A stretch of DNA of 64,000 nucleotides from the NCBI GenBank assembly GCA_965112735.1, contig OZ218962.1, positions 248,001 through 312,000 of the forward strand, given 5' to 3'. Under the pieces are notes generated by a model. The model did no database searches. It was not told the origin of the DNA and was given only the letters and a program-made list of their open reading frames with translations. Source of the stretch: Phaeosaccion multiseriatum. Lineage: Eukaryota; Protista; Ochrophyta, other classes. The translations under genes were made by a program, and so were the position numbers. This document shows positions 40,501 to 51,459 of this stretch, piece after piece; positions within the stretch are counted from its first letter, which is position 1, and every line of letters begins with the position of its first letter.

Positions 40501-41841
40501 GAAGGAAGAGACAGGACCACTCGCCATGCCTCGCCTCCGTTCGACTTCGCTTCGCTCTGGAGAGGTATCACTTGCCTGACCTTCACCTTTACCGGCCCCC
40601 TGTTCCCCTCTAAGCCAAGCAGCATCTAACTGTGCTGCCCCTCCCCTCCCCTTTTTCTACTACTACTCCTCCTCCTCCTCCTCCTCCTCCTCCTCCTCCT
40701 CCTCCTCCTCCTCCTCCTCCTCCTCCTCCTCCTCCTCCTCCTCCTCCTCCTCCTCCTCCTCCTCCTCCTCCTCCTCCTCCTCCTCCTCCTCCTCCTCCTC
40801 CTCCTCCTCCTCCTCCTCCTCCTCCTCCTCCTCCTCCTCCTCCTCCTCCTCCTCCTCCTCCTCCTCCTCCTCCTCCTCCTCCTCCTCCTCCTCCTCCTCC
40901 TCCTCCTCCTCCTCCTCCTCCTCCTCCTCCTCCTCCTCCTCCTCCTCCTCCTCCTCCTCCTCCTCCTCCTCCTCCTCCTCCTCCTCCTCCTCCTCCTCCT
41001 CCTCCTCCTCCTCCTCCTCCTCCTCCTCCTCCTCCTCCTCCTCCTCCTCCTCCTCCTCCTCCTCCTCCTCCTCCTCCTCCTCCTCCTTCTCCTCCTCCTC
41101 CTCCTCCTCCTCCCTCGTCCCGTGCCCTTGTCGACACGCACGCACGCACGCACAGGCTGGGGTGGGCGCCCAGGTCCGCCTTCATCGACAGCACATCGTA
41201 CAGCAGATCCTCACCCTCCACTGTCCCGCCTGTGGTCAGGCCTGGGTGGACTTTGATGCCTGCTGCGCCCTCACATGCAGTCGTTGCGACACGGCCTTCT
41301 GTGCATGGTGTGGGGAGGACTGCGGGGAGAACGCCCATGGGCATGTGGTCCGCTGTCCCCACAATACCAACGACGGCAACCTGTTTGCGTCAGAGGAGCA
41401 GTTCCAGCAGGCACAGCGGGTGAGTGGGGGCAAGAGAGCGAGAGAGTGAGCGAGCGAGAGAGGGAGACTAGGAGGGCGAGAGAGAGAGAGAGAGAAGAGG
41501 GTCAGGGGCTTCTTCGCCTCTCGTGCTTGCCCCCCCTCCCACCTCACCACGGCCCTCCCCCCCCCCCTCCCCTCCCCTCCCCTCCCCTCCCCTCCCCTCC
41601 CCTCCCCTCCCCTCCCCTCCCCTCCTCTCTGTCCGCTCCTCTCCTTCCCTCCCCCACCCCTTTGTCCCATCCCCTCCCTCTCCCTCCCCCTCCCTTCCCC
41701 TCCATCGCTGCCCAGGCCCGCTGCATTCGTGAGGTGCACGCGTACCTCGACTCGGAAGTCCACTCCGCCGATGTTCGCCGTCGCGTGGCGGAGGCGTGTC
41801 GTGTGGACTTGGAGCAGCTCGGCATCCCTGCCATCGCCTGA
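37540..41841 (+). CDS. Gene A: RAQE-repeat alpha-helical protein with RING1-like and RING2(Rcat)-like zinc fingers (kinase-less paralog); 5 exons, apparently intact
   Basis: Exons 37540-39552, 39663-39847, 39972-40344, 41174-41419 and 41716-41841 join in frame. RING1-like: CCLC...C...HFVCGDC...CPIAGC. RING2-like: [34 protein letters not shown]...DC...HGHVVRC. Confidence 0.75.
37555..39530 (+). repeat. Coding mosaic minisatellite (about 47 units joined at CGGGCACAGGAA = RAQE)
   Basis: A few cassette types ([44 protein letters not shown] and a longer one) occur in varying order. Confidence 0.95.
40665..41112. repeat. (CCT)n intronic trinucleotide tract, about 450 bp
   Basis: Near-perfect CCT run between the RING exons of gene A. 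Confidence 0.95.
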
Positions 41842-43078
41842 GCCTGACTGCAGCGGATCACGCATAATGGGAAGAGTATACGAAATGGTATTCTAATGTC
41901 GTATAGTTTCGATATAGCTATGAAAAGTCGCCCCACATCGGCAGGCGGCTCGTTCAGGGGGTGAATGAAGCTGAAACTAAGAACGAGAGATCTTGCCGTG
42001 CCATCCATCTATCGCCGCTAAAAAAAAACACTCCTACTCCTGCCGTCTTCATCTCATCCTATCTTACCTCGCCCATAGCCCTCAGCCTGTAGCCTCACTT
42101 CGCTCAGCCTGGCTAGGGCTCAGTGGTTGTGGTGTCGGGCTTGTCCCCTATCTTTACGTTGCTCGGGTTCCACACGCACGCACCGCCGCTCATCCCGCAG
42201 CTGGAGGGGGGCGGAGTGGGCATGTCCGAGGAATTGGCCAACGGATCGGGGTAGCCCGTGGTATTGTGCTGTAGAAACACCTTCCACCAGGGCACCACGC
42301 ACTCCCTGCCACTGTCCCAGATCGACTCGGTGGTCGACAGGAGCTGGTCCACAACGCAGGGCTCCACGTGGCTTTCGGTCAGCTCTTGCCACGCTCAAAG
42401 AGTGTCCTGGCAATGACGGGCTCGCTCTCAAGCAAGTTGTACTCCTCGATGGGATCGGCTTCGAGGTCCAAGAGGAAGTATTGGGCAGGGCTTTGTAAAG
42501 AGTCACGTTGCTCTCCACATAGGATAGGACTAGACGCATGGACAAGGTAATAGCAACCCCAAAGCCAGCCTGGCAGCCAGCCTTGTCTCTATTCGCTTTA
42601 TCCCTGAGCCATCCTAAACGACCAACCTGCTGGGAGGTTAGTGAGAAACGGGCCACGCACCGCTTCTCACCGCATTTGCCTGGGCCTGGGCCATTGACAT
42701 AGTACTGACTTTCAACACAGGCAGTAAGGCAGTGAAGACTGGGGAAGAATGGAGGATGAGAAACGCCGCGCGAGACAAATGGCGCGAGACTCCGCTCACA
42801 GGAAGGAAAGGGACGAGGGTAGGGTGCTATAGAGCAAGGGCATCATCACTTGCAGCCGCCACAGGAGCTGCACAAAACCAAACAGCAGAAGGTGCAGAGA
42901 GCCAACACGACGAAGGAAAGAGCCAACGCCCACCACCACCGTGTATCCAGTCTCTCATCGCTCATTGCGCAAGAGGCACCACGATAAAGTACAACGAGAG
43001 TCAGATGCGGAAGACGGCAAAACGAGTGTGTGCTCACACACAGAGCCCCACCTAGCTACCTGTTGCAAAGCTGCCAAG

Positions 43079-43264
43079 TCGGCCCCTGACAAGGTTCTGA
43101 GGCGACCCTGGCCAGAACCTGGAACCCAGGTTCTACCCAGGTTCAGGGGGACCTTATCATTGCCTTATTACACGGCTTTCTCCCTGGAACCTATTATACG
43201 TTTTTTTTCAGAACCTGGAACCTGGCCGGCTGAACCTGGAACCCAGAACCTTGTCAGGGGCCGA
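43079..43264. mobile_element. MITE, 186 bp
   Basis: Perfect 21-bp TIR TCGGCCCCTGACAAGGTTCTG. 6-bp TSD GCCAAG (43073-43078 / 43265-43270). The empty site GCTGCCAAGGACTTG is visible in copy A at about 37001-37015. Internal GAACCTGGAACC repeats. Confidence 0.93.
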
Positions 43265-45888
43265 GCCAAGGACTTGTTGTGCATGTCATTTCGGAACTTG
43301 TAGAGCACCACGAGATGTTGGTACAAGAGAACGAAGCTCAAAGGGTCGAGCGCTCTGGCTCTGAGCTCGTCCACTTCGAAGCAGTAGGGTGAAGAAGCGG
43401 TCGAGGAGAAGGACGAAGTGGATATCATTTGCTGCTGCCGTGACTGTCGCGCCTCCTCCTCGTCAACAATTTCCTTCAGTGTGTTTGTGCTGCTCGTAGA
43501 AGATCGCGCGCCTCGCTCCCCCGCAACCGAACTCAACTCATACGGCAGCTCACACGGTGTGTACTCTTCAATCTTGCTTCTCATTTGGAAACTATGAGGG
43601 GAACGTGGGGGGGACAGGAGAGAAGGGGAGGGGGAAGGGGTTCTCAGTAAGCTAATGAATTTGAAACTGAATTTCTGTTTTTGGGGTGTGAAGCTGCCAC
43701 TGAAGGATTCGAAGGCCAACGGCCCGGCAGAACCCCCCCACTGTGCCCACTGCCTTTTGAGAAGGGACACGATATAGGCGGCGCCGACTTACCGTACCAA
43801 CTAGTACTCCCGAAGAAAGCCGAGAGGGAGATGGTGGCCCCGAACCAAGTCGAGGGGGGGAAATTGCACCAGAGATGTTGCGGCCGGCTTCCCTGGGGCA
43901 TTTCCGTCCCAGTCAAAGCAGAGTGTACCAAGGTAGTGTCAGGTCAAAGTAGAGTGTAACAAGGTAGTGCGAAATATGACCAACAATTCGTGGAACGCTC
44001 ATCAGAGGAGCATGGGAGGACAAGGGTATTCCCGTGCACAAATACGGGCTGCGTACAATCGTAAGTCGTTCATATCTATTTCCCACTCTGTTCAGTTCAG
44101 AATCTCTCACCTCTTTTATTCCTCTGCTTATTGCCACCCCCAATGCTGTCTGTGCTCTAAAAGCGGGTGGCGGTGGTGGGCACGCCACAGGCAGAGGTGG
44201 AGCTACACCGTCGGTTGGGTCCAGCACGGCATATGTTTCTCCCCCCATGGGTGGGTACACCACGCCACAAACATTCCCCCCCGTGGGTGGGTATGGTCCC
44301 CCTATCTTGACTGGTATGGATCCTATGCTCACACTGGCTGCCATGTATGGGGCGGGAAACAGCAGGAGGGCAGAGAGGGAGAGGGAGGCTGCTGAGGAGA
44401 GGGAGGAAGCTGAAAGGAGGGCTGAGCAGGAGGCAGCTGAGGAGAGAAAGGCTAGAAGGAGAAGGGAGCGGCTCAGAGAAGAAGAAGCCCAAAGGAGAAA
44501 TGAGGAGCTACAACGGGCACAGGAACAGGCGGAGAGACAAGCTGCCGCTCGGCAACGGGCACAGGAACAGGAGCAGCTACGGCGGGCACAGGAACAGGAG
44601 CAGCTACGGCGGGCACAGGAACAGGCGGAGAGAGAAGCTGCCGCTCGGCAACGGGCACAGGAACAGGCGGAGAGAGAAGCTGCAGCTCGGCAAGCAGCGG
44701 AGGAAGAGCTCGCGGCCATGCGCGCCCGGCAGGCGGTGAGTACTGCCGTTTCAGCACGCTTCCCATGGGGTTGCACGTAGCTCCAGCACGAACTCAACCT
44801 CCGCACCCTCCTCCTCACACCCTCCCACACTGTCCCGTACGATAGGAGGAGCTTCTTGAGCAAGAGCGCGCCAACACCGCCGCTGCTTCGGCTGCCCCTG
44901 TCGTCGTCGGTCTGAATGCGCGCGCCCTTGCTCTGGGAAAAGTGGTGCAAGTGACCGAGGCGTTCCTGAGCGAGGCCACCGAGGACTTTTCCGTGCTGCT
45001 GGGAGAGGGCTCGTTTGGCAAGGTGCATCTCGCGGTGGACGTGAAGCTCAACCTCCGCTTCGCCGTCAAGCGCCTGCACGACGAAGCCTTTGCCTCGGGA
45101 CAGGCGGGCACGAGGCGATCGACGGAGCAGTGGCTCAAGAGTGCGAGGCGTGAGATCGAGGTGCTGTCCTGCCTCAAACACCCCAACATCGTTCGGTTGC
45201 TGGGCTTCTGCTGGCCCGGCCGCAATGGCGCGGCGGCGGGCTCCGAGCCCATGATGGGAGAGGAGGACTCGCTGGCCGACCACCTCGCTCGCCTCTCCCT
45301 TCAAGACGCCACGTCCAGCCCCGTGGGCCGCGTCTCTCTGCTGTTCGAGTTCGCGGAGGGCAAGAGTCTGGACAGACACCTTCACTGTGACGCTCTGGCC
45401 TCCGAGCTGGGGTGGGAGAAACGTCTCCGCATCGCCGTGGGCGTTGCGTGCGGGCTCAACTACATGCATCGATCGCGGCGCCAGGAGGATGGCACGCCGA
45501 TGGTCATCTACCACCGAGACGTGAAGGCCGCCAATGTAGTGCTCTTTGGCCCGCTGCCCACTGCCAAGCTCATCGACTGCGGCTTGTCCGTCCTGCTCGA
45601 CAAGGAAAAGGCTCAAGGTGAGAGACCGGACACGAACGACAATGACATCTCGGCTTGGACAAGGAGCAGAAGGACGATCGTTAGCTATCTTGCTTGCTCT
45701 GCTTTATGGGAGCTTATCCTCATTGCACGCCATCTTTCGTTCTCTTGGGTATTGCTGTTGGTGGTTGGGTGCGTGTGTGTGCGCGCGCGCGCGTGTGTGT
45801 GTGTGTGTGTGTGTGTACCGCAGCTGTCCAGCAGGGCCGGCGGTCTGTGGCGACCATGACGGGCCAAGTCGCCGGCACGCCCCCTTAC

Positions 45889-46136
45889 ATGTGTCCCAAG
45901 TACGTGGTGAACAACATGTGTCCCAAGTACGTGGTGAACAACATGTGTCCCAAGTACGTGGTGAACAACATGTGTCCCAAGTACGTGGTGAACAACATGT
46001 GTCCCAAGTACGTGGTGAACAACATGTGTCCCAAGTACGTGGTGAACAACATGTGTCCCAAGTACGTGGTGAACAACATGTGTCCCAAGTACGTGGTGAA
46101 CAACATGTGTCCCAAGTACGTGGTGAACAACATGTA
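45889..46136 (+). repeat. Perfect 27-bp tandem repeat x9 (ATGTGTCCCAAGTACGTGGTGAACAAC = MCPKYVVNN)
   Basis: The first ATG (45889) and the ATG after the last unit (46132) are 243 bp apart, which equals 9 units. No spacers. Confidence 0.97.
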
Positions 46137-47536
46137 CGGAGAGAAGAGAGAGCGAGATATTCTCCTTCGGCATGACCCTGCTGGAGCTGCAGGCTCACGG
46201 GCAAGCTGCAGGGGCAGGAGGACGTAGACTTCAACGACATTGAGGGCGATGACGAGGAGGGCCTGCTCGCAGCTGACCCTCGCGTGGAGGACTGGCCTCA
46301 AGCCGTCGTGAAGGAGATACAGAGCCTCGGTCGAGCATGCATCAGCAGGAAGCCCGAGGTGGGTGGGAGGCTATGTGGGTGGGAGGGTGTGTGGGTGGTG
46401 TGGTGGCTCTCCTCCGCTCCTTCCTTTCACCTGCTGCTTGCTTCACACCCTCTCCCTTTGCCCCGTCTGTCGCTGCTTCGCTTGTCCCCCCCCGTCCCTT
46501 CAGCGGCGACCCTCCCTCCTGTCCGCTCTCCGCCGGCTCAACGCCTTGTCCACAGCCTCTGCTGCCCACACGACCTCTGCGTTAGTGGGCATGGAGGAGG
46601 AGCTGGAGAAGGTACGGCGTGACGCTGAGAGCTGGCGGGCCAGAGTGGCGGGTGACGCCTTACTCGAGCAACAACAGAGGAGGTGGGTTAGTAGAGTGAT
46701 AGCGTGTTCGAGAACAGCAGAGGAGGTGGGTTAGTAGAGTGATAGCGTGTTGAGGACCCGTAGAGCATAGCCACACCCTTTGTCGACTGAGCCGAGCTGC
46801 TGATGGGTGCAAAGCGCTGAGTTGAAGTGCGTACGTCGCTCGTGGGCAGGTCCTGCTGCTTGTGCCTGGATGAAGACTGCAACGCTCTCAGAGGTATGGA
46901 GTGCAGCCCCGAGCAGGAAGAGGGGGCAGACGGCGCCAAGCACTTTGTCTGCGGCGATTGCATTCCTCGAGCCATCGAGGCCGCCGCCGCCGACGCCGCA
47001 GCAGGGAGGGGGGCGGGTTTGCGTGGGCTGGCCTGCCCAATCGCTGGCTGCACCAGTCGCCCCTTCACATCGCACGACTTTCCGCGGGAAGGCCTTTCTG
47101 AGGCCGCTCATCGGTACGAGGACATGCTCGCGAGCAGGGTGGAGACGGCCACCACCGAAGAGCTGGAGCAGCAGTTCCAAGCACGTCTGCAAGGCCTTCG
47201 CGATGAGCTCAGCGCCGAGGTGAGCAAACAAAAAGTCGAGAATCAAAAGGCTCGCCTTTTGAGATGTTTCTGAGTTGGTATACATCAGTCTCCGAGACTA
47301 GCACTGCTGTGGGTGCAACAAATCTGTGGAGGAACAGCGCAGTGCTCTCTAGTGTGGGTCGATCGGTCGGTAGAGAAAGGAAGAGACAGGACCACTCGCC
47401 ATGCCTCGCCTCCGTTCGACTTCGCTTCGCTCTGGAGAGGTATCACTTGCCTGACCTTCACCTTTACCGCCCCCCTGTTCCCCTCTAAGCCAAGCAGCAT
47501 CTAACTGTGCTGCCCCTCCCCTCCCCTTTTTCTACT

Positions 47537-47843
47537 ACTCCTCCTCCTCCTCCTCCTCCTCCTCCTCCTCCTCCTCCTCCTCCTCCTCCTCCTCCTCCTC
47601 CTCCTCCTCCTCCTCCTCCTCCTCCTCCTCCTCCTCCTCCTCCTCCTCCTCCTCCTCCTCCTCCTCCTCCTCCTCCTCCTCCTCCTCCTCCTCCTCCTCC
47701 TCCTCCTCCTCCTCCTCCTCCTCCTCCTCCTCCTCCTCCTCCTCCTCCTCCTCCTCCTCCTCCTCCTCCTCCTCCTCCTCCTCCTCCTCCTCCTCCTCCT
47801 CCTCCTCCTCCTCCTCCTCCTCCTCCTCCTCCTCCTCCTCCTC
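47537..47843. repeat. (CCT)n intronic trinucleotide tract, about 305 bp
   Basis: Paralogous to the tract at 40665-41112. Confidence 0.95.
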
Positions 47844-49368
47844 CCTCGTCCTGTGCCCTTGTCGACACGCACGCACGCACGCACAGGCTGGGGTGGGCGT
47901 CCAGGTCCGCCTTCATCGACAGCACATCGTACAGCAGATCCTCACCCTCCACTGTCCCGCCTGCGGTCAGGCCTGGGTGGACTTTGATGCCTGTTGCGCC
48001 CTCACATGCAGTCGTTGCGACACGGCCTTCTGTGCATGGTGCGGGGAGAACTGCGGGGAGGACGCCCATCGGCATGTGGTCCACTGCCCCCACAATACCA
48101 ACGACGGCAACCTGTTTGCGTCAGAGGAGCAGTTCCAGCAGGCACAGCGGGTGAGTGGGGGCAAGATAGCGAGAGAGTGAGCGAGCGAGAGTGGGAGACT
48201 AAGAGGGCGAGAGAGAGAGAGAGTGAAGAGGGTCAGGGGCTTCTTCGCCTCTCGTGCTTGCCCCCCCTCCCACCTCACCACGGCCCTCCCCTCCCCTCCC
48301 CTCCCTCTCCCCTCCCCCTCCCTTCCCCTCCATCGCTGCCCAGGCCCGCTGCATTCGTGAGGTGAACGCGTACCTCGACTCGGAAGTCGACTCCGCCGAT
48401 GTTCGCCGTCGCGTGGCGGAGGCGTGTCGTGTGGACTTGGAGCAGCTCGGCATCCCTGCCATCGCCTGAGTTAAGCTTAACACTAGATAGACGTACTTCG
48501 TAGTCGTATTTTATGTGCGAGAGAGACAGAGAGAGAACGCCTGGTTGACTTGCGCCCACCGATAACATTGTAAATGGCTGTAGCTAAACTGCTGCCGATG
48601 CTTCTGATTAACCAAGACACAAAACTAAATTTATACACATACTGTAGTCAATGGAGAGACATATGACGTAATGGCCACAACCCGGCCTCTCCAGATGGCC
48701 TCTCCAGCCTCCTATCGCCTCCTGCTGCCGCAGACTACTCAACACGATAAAATATAATAAAGAAACCACGAATACAAAGCAAAGCAAAGCAAAGCATGTC
48801 AGCACTGCACCAGCTTCCTCTCCCCTAAAACAGACGACGTCTTACCCAACATGCCCTATCTAGAGGAGAAGTGAATGTGCATCTACCATCGGGGTGGGGA
48901 GTAAATATATACGTGTCTAGTAGGAAGGGAGGAAGGGAGGGAGGGGTCATGGAGGATGAGAGCGAAGAGCCGCTCACTGGCCGAGACAGGCGCTCTCTGT
49001 TTACTCCTCGGGGCAGTGCCCTTGCTCTCACTCCATCCCTTTCGGGTCGGTGGGGAATGAGCGAACAGCACACAAGGGCCAAGGGCTCTTGCGAACGACA
49101 ACAACAAGCGAGCGAATACGACACGTTTTGGTTCGCCTCGGTAAGACAGTAAACGTGTAGACTGGGGTCTGCTGTACTTTATTAAGTACCACTCCTGTCT
49201 AGATTCTGCTGCTGCTCCTACTGCTGCAACCAAAGACAGGAAGGTCCCACCGCCCTCGTACAATGCGGCAGCTCCTCGGGACGGCCCCTCTCGCCCACCC
49301 CTCCACCCTCTCATGTGAGTCATTTCCACCCCTCACCCTCACATGTGAGTCATTTCCACCCCTCACCC

Positions 49369-51162
49369 TCACATGTGAGTCATGGCCCTCAGCGTTAGCT
49401 TCAGACCGCTGAGGGCGGGGCTCTTGACGTCCTTGTTCCTCACCGCCGCGCAAAGAGCAGTCAGGTCCGGCCCGAAGCCCAGCTCTCGAGAGAGGTACAC
49501 GAGGAGGCGGAAATCTGCGGCTCGCTTCAGGAGCTCTGCATTGGATGTGGAAGGAGCCGACGAAGAAGCAGCGGCTCTCTTCCCGCTCGGGCTAAAGAGA
49601 CACTCGGCCAGAGCCTGGGTCGGGTCCACCGCCACCCCCGGGCCCGGTCGGTCCAGGGCGGGGAAGTTGGTGGACAGAAAGCCCTTGTGCTTGACGATGG
49701 GCACTGGGTTGACCAGTAGCACCGTCTCCACGCCCTCCACCTCCCTCCACTCCTCCTTCACGGCCTCGGTGAAGTTCAGCACCTTCCCCTCCGGCTTTGG
49801 CTGAGGCCACCTGACCACTCCCTCGTGCGTCATTTGCACCGTCAGATTGGACACTGCATACGCCTCCGTGGCCACCTGTCCCGTGGTGTAGTTCATGGGT
49901 AGGGTCACTGTGGCCTGCAGGGCGCCGAGGTTGGGGCCGTGTGTGGCAATAACCGCAGCTTCGAGCCTCGCTGCCACTGCCACGTCTGCCGCGGACATGA
50001 AGTAGTCTCTGGCGGGGTGCGAGAGGCACCACCCCACCGGCTGCAAGCCCAACAGGGAGGCTACTTTGCATGCACGGGCCACCACGTCGGGGGCCTCGCC
50101 CTTCCTCCCGCCCTTGCTGTTGGTGTCTGGACTGCTGCTGCTCACCTTCACCATGCCCCGCACCAATGCCTCCGGGTCGTACATGGTCGGCGAAGCGGCG
50201 GACTGCGGCACCTCCAGCACGGCCTCCACTCGAATGGACTTGTCCTTGTCGCTCACCGTCCCAAAGAGCAGGGCGCACACCTGTTTCCCTGCCCGAGGAG
50301 TGGCAGAAGGAGGGGGAGCTCCGACCGCCTTGCCGCTCTTGTTACTTGCGGCACCCTTGGCCCTGGCTTTCGCAACCCCTTTACTGCTACTAGCAGCAGC
50401 GGTAGCAGCAGTCGCAGCAGCAGTCGGTGTGGGCTTCTTCTTCTTGTTCTTGGTCTTCTTCTTTATACTCGCGGCGCCAAGCTGGCACTGCCTCTGCACG
50501 AATCCCACAAGCTCGTCAAAGGCGCCCTCCTCCACGCTAATCTTTGTGCCCAGCGCCGTCTTTTGAGGCACAATCTGAAATGTCCGCTGCGCCAGCGCCT
50601 CAATATCCTTGAGCGCCAGTTGCGTCCTTGTGCCTGCCGTGCTCTGACGGGGCGGCAAGGGCCTCGCGAGGGCCGGGAAGGGGCTCCGCTCCCATTGGTC
50701 TCGCGCATCCGCGTCGGACGTCGACGCCGCCCGCACCCGCTCCAAGGCCTTTGCTTTCGCCTCTGCAGCTGCCGCTGCTGCTACTTGTCCTTTACACGCG
50801 TAGAGAAAGTCCCCTTGCTTAAGCCCTAGCTCGCCTACACATTGCCCCCTCTCTGCGTCCGTGTTGGACGTGTCCTCTGCCGCCGCCGCTGCCGCCGCTG
50901 CTGCCCCCCCTGATCCCGCCACTGAGGTTGATAAAACCTCTCCATCCTTCAGGCCCAACTTCCCTTCAATATCGAAGAGGCTATCCGTGGGCTGGGCTTC
51001 CAGCCGCTGCACCTGCCCGCTGGGCATTCGCACACGCAGTGTCACCGTGCCCCCCGCCGCTCCTCCTACTGCTGCAGTGATACCTCGGGCTATGGTTACA
51101 CAGAGAAGGCATACAGTTGTGCATTTCATGCTGCCGCCGCTGCTGCTGCCGGGCCGCACCAT
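49369..51162 (-). CDS. NPL4: Npl4-like protein with an N-terminal signal-peptide-like leader (candidate periplastidal sNpl4 of SELMA); intronless
   Basis: Ubiquitin-like N-domain VTLRVRMPSGQVQRLE...LGLKQGDFLY. MPN-like VCALLFGTV...IRVEAVLEVPQ...ASLLGLQPVGWCLSHPARDYFMSAADV...EAYAVSNLTVQM...AADFRLLVYL. Leader MKCTTVCLLCVTIARGITA (second ATG at 51129). Confidence 0.85.
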   Translation of the reverse strand: MVRPGSSSGGSMKCTTVCLLCVTIARGITAAVGGAAGGTVTLRVRMPSGQVQRLEAQPTDSLFDIEGKLGLKDGEVLSTSVAGSGGAAAAAAAAAEDTSNTDAERGQCVGELGLKQGDFLYACKGQVAAAAAAEAKAKALERVRAASTSDADARDQWERSPFPALARPLPPRQSTAGTRTQLALKDIEALAQRTFQIVPQKTALGTKISVEEGAFDELVGFVQRQCQLGAASIKKKTKNKKKKPTPTAAATAATAAASSSKGVAKARAKGAASNKSGKAVGAPPPSATPRAGKQVCALLFGTVSDKDKSIRVEAVLEVPQSAASPTMYDPEALVRGMVKVSSSSPDTNSKGGRKGEAPDVVARACKVASLLGLQPVGWCLSHPARDYFMSAADVAVAARLEAAVIATHGPNLGALQATVTLPMNYTTGQVATEAYAVSNLTVQMTHEGVVRWPQPKPEGKVLNFTEAVKEEWREVEGVETVLLVNPVPIVKHKGFLSTNFPALDRPGPGVAVDPTQALAECLFSPSGKRAAASSSAPSTSNAELLKRAADFRLLVYLSRELGFGPDLTALCAAVRNKDVKSPALSGLKLTLRAMTHM

Positions 51163-51459
51163 TCTTCCCTCCTGTGGTTGCTGCTCTCCTTCTCGAGGGC
51201 TCGTTCTCTATAAGACAAAAAGTACTTTCGTTGCTGCTGTCACATACTTCGACGACAAGACGTAAGGTTCAAAGACATTTCTATTGGTGCTTCGGACCAT
51301 TGCCCTCCACGTGCTGACTGATTTGGCTGTGGCAAAGAATCGATCGATCGTCTGAGGGGTTTCTGAAGTCAATAAAATAAAAGTAATGACATTCTGGGAA
51401 AGGAAAGAGAAAAAAGGGAAAGGTGGAGGAAAGCAAGAAGGAGAAGAAGAAGAAGAGGA

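Larger units (their letters stand above)
36668..41842 (+). repeat. Segmental duplication, copy A (paralog of 42718-48470)
   Basis: Collinear near-identity with copy B across the upstream region, introns, (CCT)n tract and RING exons. Confidence 0.95.
43976..48469 (+). pseudogene. Gene B: RAQE helix, IRAK/RLK-Pelle-like protein kinase, RING1-like and RING2-like fusion; frameshifted in the kinase C-lobe as assembled
   Basis: Exons 43976-44060, 44164-44735, 44846-45617, 45824-46358, 46504-46682, 46850-47219, 47905-48150, 48344-48469. Kinase motifs: LSEATEDF..LLGEGSFGKV, FAVKRL, LGWEKRLRIAVGVACGLNYMH, YHRDVKAANV, LIDCGL, GTPPYMCPKY. Two 4-nt insertions (~46146-46152 and ~46190) break YGEKSEIFSFGMTLLELLTGK. 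Confidence 0.75.
42718..48470 (+). repeat. Segmental duplication, copy B
   Basis: Collinear with 36668-41842. Additionally contains a MITE and the kinase exons. Confidence 0.95.

Noticed and set aside
40610-41423. Poly-Gly/Pro/Glu/Arg ORFs here and at 47485-48154
   Set aside because: They are translations of intronic (CCT)n tracts flanked by good GT-AG sites.
42113-42560. Coding-like fragment between the duplicate units
   Set aside because: It is interrupted by stops and frame changes, and I cannot assign a family.
43913-45616. 567-aa minus-strand ORF
   Set aside because: It is an antisense shadow of the GC-rich kinase exons and has no recognisable motifs.
45889-46136. Possible CRISPR array
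   Set aside because: The units are head-to-tail with no spacers, lie inside a kinase exon of a eukaryotic gene, and no cas genes are present.
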